Shown here one piece after another: positions 1-9,351 of a DNA stretch of 64,000 nucleotides. Numbering within the stretch: the first letter of the stretch is position 1; every line of letters begins with the position of its first letter. The translations under genes and the position numbers were made by a program. Under the pieces are notes generated by a model. That model was not told the origin of the DNA. It worked only from the letters and a program-made list of their open reading frames with translations, and did no database searches. Source of the stretch: Octopus sinensis (lineage: Eukaryota); contig NC_043002.1 in assembly GCF_006345805.1 (NCBI RefSeq), positions 92,752,001-92,816,000 on the forward strand, given 5' to 3'.

Positions 1-19
1 CAGCTAATCGCACTTTCAA

Positions 20-2620
20 GTTTCCATAAAATGTCATGTTATAATCATTATATTAATTAATATAATCATTATATTAATTAATCCCCACTTAAACGTGGAT
101 GTTCTGTTAGAACAAGCTATACTGCGAAAGATAGATATTACTATTGTCTTTGTCACTAATTAACAGTGTCTTTGTCACCAGTAAGTATTTATTACTATAG
201 CAAGTTGCATTCTCAAGTTGTATCCCCTTTTATTCAGTACAGTGTCATAGACTGAGACTTGCCAGTTGTGCCCTATTCAAGTACTATAACGATATATGTC
301 TAACAACTGTACCCAGCTGTGTGTCCTGTTAATTCTTTGTTGTATCGTATGTTACAGCTGCTATAAGATGTCTTTGTTTACAATACCATATGTGAAGTCT
401 GCTAAAGGATACCGTGTCCTATAAATTCTGTACAACACTATGTTAAGGATAACAGCTTGTACTATCTCAGTTCACTATAATATATTTGAAGACTGTTACA
501 TGTTTTGTGTTCCTATATACAATGTTAAGAATTCTACAGCAAGTTGTCTTACTAATTTTATACAATTCCATGCCATAAATTTACCAGAACTAGGTTGTGT
601 CTCACTAATTCTCTACAATGTTCTATGCAAAAATTATTGCGGCAAATTTTGTCCTTTGTTATAGACAGAATGTCATTATATTAAGACTATAACGACAGGT
701 CTGTCATCTTAACTGTAAACCATATACTATTTTCATGATTATTACAATAAGTTGTGTTCTAATTCTATAAGCTAATTCATGATAAGATTACTACCGGATG
801 TTGTGTTCACTTAATTCTGTTCCATGTCACACGTTATATCACATGTCATCAATTCGCGTTCTAATTCTGTTAAGAACTTACTTGATGACTGATAACTTAA
901 GTACGAAAGCAAGTTGTGTCCTGTGTCCGCTTAATGCCAAACAGTATCTTCTTAATATTTCTGCACGCCGTCAAAGGTCAGGACTGCTTGTGAAACGTGA
1001 ATTGTCTTAATTTTTTTGTAGAGAAAGTTTTGTCCTCATTCTCTGCAGCTGCGGCCGACAACGTTTTTTACACCACAGACTGATTTCGTACAAGACATGA
1101 TCCGTGGATCACGCGCATAACAAAACAATAAAATGCATGATATATAATTTGATTATTACATATATATGTAATACTTGTATATTTATTTTTTTATTGCTCG
1201 CAGGGAGGTTAATAATATTTGTACATTGCATATATGATATAATATATAATGCAAAAACACCCTGCAGACCGCGATAGTCAATAAAATAGAAATAAAATGA
1301 AAAACTTACTTTCTGCGCAGTCCGGTACGAAATAATCCACAGCTCGGTATTGGACTGCGGCCCAGTAGTGGATGGGGACTCCTCTTTCATGGTGCCACGT
1401 GTCTTAATTCTACTACAGTATAAGGTGACCTACCCATTCTGCACAATGTCGTAGCTTATGAATACACCAACAAATTCGTTACATAATTCTGGACAATATT
1501 ATATGTTAGGAATTCTAATCGCAGGTTTATACCCTGCTAGTTCTGTGAAGTATTATAATTCTTCTGCATTAATTTGTGTTCTCTGTATTCCAGACGGTGT
1601 CATTTAAGATTATTAATATAGAAACACGCATTTTCTTTCTATTCAAAGTAATATTTTAAAACTACTAGGGTATATTGTGAATTCTTAACTTTGTGCAATG
1701 ATTCTGTTAAAATCCCTACGTCCATTGCAGTCAGTTTTGCCTCTTATATACAATATCATATACCTTATGACCTTCAATTATGTACAGTATTATACATACA
1801 TTTGTGATCTTTTATGTACAATGTTGCGATGTCATACACTTGTGACATCTTGATAATGTACAAAGTCATATACTTGTGACATCTTGATAATCTAGTCATA
1901 TACTTGTGACATTTAATTATGCACTATGTCATACATATACTTGTGATCGTTTTAATTATGTACAATCTCATATACTTTGATCTTTTTAATTATATACATT
2001 CTCGTGTACTTGTGATAGTTTCATTATGTACAAAGTAATATGTCAAGACTTTAGCAGTATATCGCATCTTAATTATATTTAATGCCATATATCAAAACTA
2101 CTACAGTAAATTATGTCCTGTTAATCCGTTACCATGTCATAAGTTAAAACTAGTTCAGCACGTTGTTTACTCTTACTTAATTCTGTACAATCTTATGTGT
2201 CAAAGCAACTCCAGCAAGTTATCTCTTATCAATATTATACAATGTCATAGGTTAAAACTTCTACAGTAAATTGTTTCCTATTAATTTTGTACAGTGTCAC
2301 GTCTTATGACCTTTCCGACAGGCTGTACACGCTTGATGATATACAATACCATTTGTCAAATCTACCTACTTCCATCAAGTAGTCTCCTCGTAAATGTTCT
2401 ATTTAAATAACTACTAGAATAAGTTATCTCCCTTTCTGTATAATGACGTATGTCTTGAGTAATATGACAATTTGTGTTCTCCTACTTCCGTAGAATGTCA
2501 TGTAATGGCTACTAAAGCTAGTGTTGTTCTCTCAATACTGTAAAACACCATGTCGTGAGTGTTGACATCTATTTGAGTCGTCCTAATTATATATAAAGCC
2601 TCATATGTGCATTCTCTAGT
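20..2620. repeat. Ancient degenerate tandem repeat (~50-55 bp unit), with a ~35 bp sub-array at ~1770-2040
   Basis: Recurrent blocks resembling AATTCTGTACAATGTCATATGTTAAGACTACTACAGCAAGTTGTGTCCT throughout. Interrupted by the MITE at ~1046-1383. Sub-array unit ~TTAATTATGTACAATGTCATATACTTGTGATC. Confidence 0.6.
1046..1383. mobile_element. Degenerate hAT/Charlie (MER1-like) non-autonomous DNA element
   Basis: Left end CAGCTGCGGCCGACAACGTTTTTTACACCACAGACTGATTTCG. Right end (minus strand) GGAGTCCCCATCCACTACTGGGCCGCAGTCCAATACCG. Both resemble the two termini of MER1/Charlie-type elements (recalled consensus). Confidence 0.5.
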
Positions 2621-2649
2621 TATGTGACATCATTATTATTATTATCATT

Positions 2650-2948
2650 AAGGCGGCGAGCTGGCAGAAACGTTAGCACACCGGGCGAATGCTTAGCGGT
2701 ATTTCATCTGCCGTTACGTTCTGTGTTCAAATTCCGCCGAGGTCGCCTTTGCCTTTCATCCTTTCGGGGTGGTCGATTAAATAAGTACCAGTTATGCACT
2801 GGGGTTAATTTAATCGACTTAATTTGTTTGTCTGTCCTTGTTTGTCCTCTCTGTGTTTAGCCCCTTGTGGGTAGTAAAGAAATAGGTATTTCATCCGCCG
2901 TTACATTCTGAGTTCAAATTCCGCCGAAATCGACTTTGCTTTTCATCC
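2650..2948 (+). mobile_element. tRNA-derived SINE family A with Tx1-like tail, followed by a second SINE body starting at GGTATTTC (2885)
   Basis: A-box TGGCAGAAACGTTAG, B-box GTTCAAATTCC, core GCCTTTCATCCTTTCGGGG..GATTAAATAAGTACCAG, tail ..GCCCCTTGTGGGTAGTAAAGAAATA. Many copies in the window. Confidence 0.85.
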
Positions 2949-3010
2949 ACAAAAATAAATAATGCCTAGAGTAGTTCTGACTACAATTATTATTATTATT
3001 TATTATTATT

Positions 3011-3226
3011 AAGGCGACGTGCTGGCAGATTCGTTAGCGCGCTGGACGAATGCTTAGCAGTATTTCGCTCGTCGCTGTTCTGAGTTCAAATTCCGTTGAG
3101 GTCGATTTTGCCTTTCATCCTTTCAGGGGGCGATAAAATAAGTACCAGTTGAACACAGGGGTGGATGTAATCGACTCATCCCACCTCCCCCTCCCCCAAG
3201 CTGCCCTTGTGACAAAAAATTGAAAT
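3011..3226 (+). mobile_element. SINE family A, alternative tail, between (ATT)n/(AAT)n runs
   Basis: Same head and core as 2650; tail CCCCTCCCCCAAGCTGCCCTTGTGACAAAAAATTGAAA. Confidence 0.8.
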
Positions 3227-3298
3227 AATAATAATAATTATTATTTATAGTAATTTAATTTTGTCTTATTTTTATATTTTTCAGAAAATGACAGTGCG

Positions 3299-4576
3299 AT
3301 GAAAAACGACACGGAAGTGGCACTTCGCCTGCCGCATCCAGCTCTCTGTCAGCTTGACTACCATTATTGCAAGGCCAGTGATCTGCTCGCTGACACTACC
3401 AACACGAGCAACACCAGTGGTGGGTCTAACCACCGAGTTATGAAGAGGAAGCTTCGTGACTTCGTAGACAGCTACAGAGAAGAAGAATTTTACCTTGAAC
3501 GTCCAGCACCGAAACGTGTCTCACCGTTTCTAAACACGCCCAAACAACGCAAGGACGAACGCAAGCGAATTGTTCGTTTGTCCGTACATAAACTGCGGGC
3601 AATGGAAGACCCGGAGAACTTTCTACGGAAGTCCGTCCTAATCAACAACGTGCTCCGTCGACTTCACCAGGAAATCCGTGAAGAGAAACGAGGCAATACA
3701 CGTTTTAGTGGAAGTCTCGGCTTGGCTTCTGCCGGTTATCCGTACTACAGACCTCGAAGAATCGATTACGATATGCTTGGTAACAGTTACTTGCCAACAC
3801 CAGCTGCTTTTCTCTTTGATGAGCCGTGTTTCCCGACTGAAACCGAAAAAATTACCGACGACATGACCGACTCACTGGTACGAAGTCTTGAGGCCAGTAC
3901 GCCTCCACCTTCGCCACCATCGTCTCCAGCTGCAGTTAACCATTTAACGACGACGACGACGGCGGCGGTGACGGGGGTGAATATCACTACCACCAGTCTT
4001 GTCACTCCTATTACCGCCACTACTACTAGTACTACCACCACAACTGGTAGCAGCAGTAGTACTACTACGACTAACAACACTTCTATTATTTCTACTACTA
4101 CTACTACTACTACTGTTACTACTTCTACCGCCACCCCAACTAACAATACCGCGACTACGACGACGACGACGACGACGGGTGCAACTAATACAACGTCGTC
4201 GAATTCGCTGCCCGGTAACGTTAGTAGTAATAATCATATATGTAGTAGTAGTAGTGGTAGTAACGGCAGTAGCAACTTGTGTGTGAATAACACTAATACT
4301 AACAATGACAATAATAATAATTACAACATTATCAATTTTAACACCTACAATAACAACAACAACAACAGCATACACCACAACAACTTTAGTACTTCAAATT
4401 TTCTAACCAGTAGCCATGTTGGTTTTACATCATTTGCAACGACTCCACCTACCGGTTTACCGGATTATCGGAATACCGGAATAACTAGTGCCGGAATTAC
4501 GGTACAAGAGAAGCAATTATCAGTTGATATGGACGTGGTATTTAATAATTTAATCAGAGCTTTAGGCGAAACTTAG
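3299..4576 (+). CDS. SERTA domain-containing protein (SERTAD4-like); probably the terminal coding exon, with splice acceptor at 3284
   Basis: 425-aa ORF with SERTA motif ERKRIVRLSVHKLRAMEDPENFLRKSVLINNVLRRLHQEI, basic MKRKL motif, Thr/Ser/Asn low-complexity tract and amphipathic C-terminus VFNNLIRALGET. Polypyrimidine tract plus TTTCAG ends at 3284 and the frame is open from there. AATAAA at ~4588 and 4922. Confidence 0.9.
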   Translation: MKNDTEVALRLPHPALCQLDYHYCKASDLLADTTNTSNTSGGSNHRVMKRKLRDFVDSYREEEFYLERPAPKRVSPFLNTPKQRKDERKRIVRLSVHKLRAMEDPENFLRKSVLINNVLRRLHQEIREEKRGNTRFSGSLGLASAGYPYYRPRRIDYDMLGNSYLPTPAAFLFDEPCFPTETEKITDDMTDSLVRSLEASTPPPSPPSSPAAVNHLTTTTTAAVTGVNITTTSLVTPITATTTSTTTTTGSSSSTTTTNNTSIISTTTTTTTVTTSTATPTNNTATTTTTTTTGATNTTSSNSLPGNVSSNNHICSSSSGSNGSSNLCVNNTNTNNDNNNNYNIINFNTYNNNNNNSIHHNNFSTSNFLTSSHVGFTSFATTPPTGLPDYRNTGITSAGITVQEKQLSVDMDVVFNNLIRALGET

Positions 4577-4733
4577 CGAAATTGATAAATAAATACATTT
4601 ATATATATATATATATATGTATGTATGTGTGTATTATATAATATATATATATATATATATAAAATTTTAAAAGGTAATAAGATAAAAATATATATATATA
4701 ATGCATAGAGACTATATTTAAAGTAATGAATGA

Positions 4734-4772
<39 letters not shown>

Positions 4773-5106
4773 AAAAAGGTTAAGAGAAATTGTATGTCAA
4801 GTGTACAAAGAGCAACAAAAAAAAAATTGGATGAGCGAACGTGAAAAAGGAAAGGGAATGGTTTGAATGAATAGTGTCAAAATTCAAAGTAAAATTTAAA
4901 ATATATATATATATATATATCAATAAAAACTTATATTTCAATTATATATTAAAAAATATGAGAATTGTCTTGTTTATTTTGCTTTTGTTGCTGTTTTTTT
5001 TTTTTTTTTTTTTTCTTTTTCTTTTGGTCTATTTTTGGTAAAAGAGGAGTAAAAAGCTTATCAACAAAGGAATAGATTTGAATATATCAATTGCAAACAG
5101 GTCGCT

Positions 5107-6230
5107 GATAAGAGGTTTCGAAAAAGGTATACGTTCACAGCAGCGTACTTGTTTCAAAGATAGGTCTGCACACTGTGTTTGTTTGTGTACACGAATATGC
5201 ATACGCATTTTCATCGAATTTTGGAGTACGTGATAAGAGGTTTCGAAAAAGGTATACGTTCACAGCAGCGTACTTGTTTCAAAGATAGGTCTGCACACTG
5301 TGTTTGTTTGTGTACACGAATATGCATACGCATTTTCATCGAATTTTGGAGTACGTGATAAGAGGTTTCGAAAAAGGTATACGTTCACAGCAGCGTACTT
5401 GTTTCAAAGATAGGTCTGCACACTGTGTTTGTTGTGTACACGAATATGCATACGCATTTTCATCGAATTTTGGAGTACGTGATAAGAGGTTCGAAAAAGG
5501 TATACGTTCACAGCAGCGTACTTGTTTCAAAGATAGGTCTGCACACTGTGTTTGTTTGTGTACGCGAATATGCATACGCATTTTCATCGAATTTTGGAGT
5601 ACGTGATAAGAGGTTTCGAAAAAGGTATACGTTCACACAGCAGCGTACTTGTTCAAAGATAGGTCTGCACACTGTTTGTTTGTGTACACGAATATGCATA
5701 CGCATTTTTATCGAATTTTGGAGTACGTGATAAGAGGTTTCGAAAAAGGTATACGTTCACACAGCAGCGTACTTGTTTCAAAGATAGGTCTGCACACTGT
5801 GTTTGTTTGTGTACACGAATATGCATACGCATTTTCATCGAATTTTGGAGTACGTGATAAGAGGTTTCGAAAAAGGTATACGTTCACAGCAGCGTACTTG
5901 TTTCAAAGATAGGTCTGCACACTGTGTTTGTTTGTGTACACGAATATGCATACGCATTTTCATCGAATTTTGGAGTACGTGATAAGAGGTTTCGAAAAAG
6001 GTATACGTTCACAGCAGCGTACTTGTTTCAAAGATAGGTCTGCACACTGTGTTTGTTTGTGTACACGAATATGCATACGCATTTTCATCGAATTTTGGAG
6101 TACGTGATAAGAGGTTTCGAAAAAGGTATACGTTCACAGCAGCGTACTTGTTTCAAAGATAGGTCTGCACACTGTGTTTGTTTGTGTACACGAATATGCA
6201 TACGCATTTTCATCGAATTTTGGAGTACGT
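5107..6230. repeat. Tandem repeat, 125-bp unit x9
   Basis: Units start at 5107, 5232, 5357, 5481, 5605, 5729, 5856, 5981 and 6106. Near-identical, differing mainly by 1-2 nt indels. Confidence 0.97.
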
Positions 6231-6464
6231 GCTTCAGTAATAAGCAAATATGTTCGACAAAGGTATGTGTGCGTTTGTATGTAGCGTGTACAGAATTGAA
6301 GCTGGAAATGCACTTGAGTTTTCAATGAGGTTTATTTACATAAAAAAACAACCGGTTTCACAATTTTAAGATTATCGAAAATAGTATAAATGGATGGACG
6401 TGGGAGCTATACCACTTATTCGCGCCTCTGTTGACTAAGATATAAAAAATGCATGTATACACTA

Positions 6465-6866
6465 CTAGCAGTATCGCCCGGCGTTGCTCGGGTTTGTAAG
6501 GGAAATAACTATATTAGCATTTTCAGAGAGTTATAGCCAAAAAATAGCAAAAAAAGCATTAAAAATGGAAAAAAAAAATTATTGTAAATTTTTTTTAAAT
6601 CGTTGACTCATCGTAGACATTTTTAGAGAGTTACTTCCCTTAAATAATAGCGAAAAAAATGCATTAAAATGGGAAAAAATGATGGTAATTTCTTTTTTTA
6701 ATCGTAGACTCATCGTAGACGCGCGCTAATACCCAGAAGGGCTCGATGTGAATCACGACTATAAGATACCCGGTTTTGGTTAAACTGCACTGCAAAATGT
6801 GGGAGTAGTTAGGAATCTAAATCGTAGGAGACAGACAGCACACAACTTGACTTTTATATATAAAGA
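6465..6866 (-). mobile_element. Non-autonomous Helitron
   Basis: Minus strand: A|TCTTTATATATAAAAG...CCCGAGCAACGCCGGG hairpin..CTAG|T. Has 5' TC, 3' CTAG, AT target and no TSD. Confidence 0.85.
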
Positions 6867-7127
6867 TATACTCACACATATATACTTGTATGAGTTTAGA
6901 ATATTCATCGGTGACATTGGGTCGAAAGCATATTTTGCAGGAAGCCAAGTTGGTCAAGGCAACATTAGACGAAGGAAAAATTTTATATTTTTCAAAGAAA
7001 TAGATAATAAATTATATAAAAGCCAGTTTTTTTTTTCATTCAGTTACTATAATGTGCGGAAGTCTAAGACTTCAGAATAAACCAGTGACCTGGCAGAATC
7101 GTTATAGCACGTCGGGCAAAATGCTTC

Positions 7128-7467
7128 TGCGGCCATGCTGGAGCACTGCCTTTAGTCGAACAGGTCGACCCCAGGACTTATTCTTTGTAAGCCTAGTACT
7201 TATTCTATCGATATATTTTGCCGAACCGCTAAGTTACGGGGATGTAAACACACCAACATCGGTTGTCAAACGATGGTTGGGGAACAACAAAGACGGGCTT
7301 CTTTATACCAAATCCATTTTATACGACGGGCTTCTTTATACCAAATCCACTCACAAGGCTTTCGTCGACCCGAGGCAATTGTAGAAGACACTTGCCCAAG
7401 GTGCCACACAGTGGGACTGAACATGGTTAGGAAGCAAGCTTCTTGCCACACAGCCACGCCTGCGCCT
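7128..7467 (-). mobile_element. SINE family C (internally rearranged copy)
   Basis: Reverse complement of most of the element at 7957-8340. Confidence 0.8.
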
Positions 7468-7956
7468 AATCAGTATTATGGATATACTTTACAAGATTAG
7501 CGTCGGGTTTAGCAAGGCATTTGTGAAATCAATGCAAACCTTCGCATCAATATGTTTCCCACAGAAAGAAGAGTTGAAAACAGTAATGAACTGAGATTTA
7601 ATGCTGAAGCACTCAATGCCTCGTCCTTCGCGACACGCACGGGACACAGGCATTTTAGTCATAGCCAGTACGATCCCACTGTCCCATAAAATATTAATAT
7701 GATAATTTTAAAAAGATAAAAAATACCTAAAAACGTCCTATTGAATGGGTCTCAAATTGTCAGTCTGGTGTTCTTTTTAATTTTTCTTTTCTTATTTAGG
7801 TCCCGTCCCCACCGAAACAAGGCCTTAAAGCCTTGCTACCCCTCGCAGAAAATTTATAAAATAAAATAAAAAAATAAAAAAATACTGCAGGGTCTCCAAC
7901 AAACCAACATCTCGGTCTACAAGAAAAAAAACAGAATATATATATATATATATATA

Positions 7957-8340
7957 ATGGCTGTGTGGTAAGTAGCTTGCTAACCAACCACATGGTTCCG
8001 GGTTCAGTCCCACTGCGTGGCACCTTGGGCAAGTGTCTTCTGCTATAGCCCCGGGCCGACCAATGCCTTGTGAGTGGATTTGATAGACGGAAGCTGAAAG
8101 AAGCCTGTCGTATATATGTATATAATATATGTGTGTGTTTGTGCGTCTGTGTTTGTCCCCCTAGCATTGCTTGACAACCGATGCTGGTGTGTTTACGTCC
8201 CCGTCACTTAGCGGTTCGGCAAAAAAGAGATCGATAGAATAAGTACTGGGCTTACAAAGAATAAGTCCCGGGGTCGATTTGCTCGACTAAAGGCGGTGCT
8301 CCAGCATGGCCGCAGTCAAATGACTGAAACAAGTAAAAGT
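7957..8340 (+). mobile_element. tRNA-derived SINE family C
   Basis: A-box TGGCTGTGTGGTAAG, B-box GGTTCAGTCCC, CACCTTGGGCAAGTG core, internal TA/TG repeat. Other copies at 7128, 36512, 41871 and 54172. Confidence 0.85.
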
Positions 8341-8370
8341 ATAGTGTGTATGCGCATGTATGTGTAGACA

Positions 8371-8565
8371 TAGGAGAAATTACGATAAACACAAGTTTAT
8401 AATATAAGCTCCAACATATATCCCACCATTGTAGTTATTAGAACTCTGCATTATTTAAGTAGCCAATTTCACTTTAGAACATCCGATGTAGGGTTCCAAA
8501 TAAACTCAATGGTGAAACGTACGTAAGGACAAATGATAAACTTGTACTTATCGTAATTTCTCCTA
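8371..8565. mobile_element. MITE with ~30-bp terminal inverted repeats
   Basis: TAGGAGAAATTACGATAAACACAAGTTTAT ... ATAAACTTGTACTTATCGTAATTTCTCCTA (28/30 match). The outer TA may be the TSD. Confidence 0.75.
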
Positions 8566-8781
8566 TATTTAGTTATGATGTAACCAGGAATACTACTACT
8601 CTTAAATACAGTGGTTGTTTAACCCCTATATTGGAAGCAGACCAATGATATTCTATATGGAGCTTGAAACTTAACAGTAGGAATCATACATCTATTTGTA
8701 CAAACATGGTACATTATGCATATATATATATTTATGTATATGCATAAATGTATATGTGTATGCACACACACACAGATATAT

Positions 8782-9003
8782 ATACGAGAAGGTAGTAAAA
8801 TGTTTCTGGCTTTAAGGATATCGTGGAAGGCCTGGTTGGAGGCCCAAACTTCCGAGTTCTTTTGCAAGGCTTAGAAAAACTGAAGGACCACTGCAATAAG
8901 TGTGTGAATCTGAGAGCAGAATATGTTTAATAAAATTATGATTAACTGATCCTCTTGTATTTTCTTTTACCCAAAGCCAGAAACTTTTCAGCACTCCATC
9001 GTG
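8782..9003. mobile_element. Mariner-type MITE (degenerate TIRs)
   Basis: TACGAGAAGGTAGTAAAATGTTTCTGGCTTT versus reverse complement of the right end, CACGATGGAGTGCTGAAAAGTTTCTGGCTTT. Confidence 0.55.
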
Positions 9004-9134
9004 TGTGTGTGTGTGTGTGTGTGTTTGTGTGCCTCATCTTTCTTCACGTCTTTTTGGGAGACTCGTGTAGGGTGTCTACTTCCAAAATGCAGTTGCCGAA
9101 GCTGATAGATACTGTTTAATATTTCTGGTTTCAT

Positions 9135-9338
9135 CAGAAACGTTTGCAGGCCGGGCGAAACGCTTAGAGGTATTTCGTCTGCCGCTACGTTCTGAGTTCA
9201 AGTTCCGCAGAGGTTGACTTTGCCTTTCATACTTTCGGGGTCGATAAATTAAGGACCAGTTCCGCACTGGGGTCGATATAATCGACTTAATCCGTTTGTC
9301 CTCTCTGTGTTTAGCCCCTTGTAGGTAGTAAAGAAATA
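9135..9338 (+). mobile_element. SINE family A with Tx1-like tail, directly 5' of the LINE
   Basis: Head, core and tail ending AGTAAAGAAATA at 9338. Confidence 0.85.
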
Positions 9339-9351
9339 GGTATTTCGTTTG

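Noticed and set aside
5107-6230. CRISPR-like regular array
   Set aside because: Whole 125-bp units are repeated with no unique spacers, there are no cas genes, and the context is eukaryotic.
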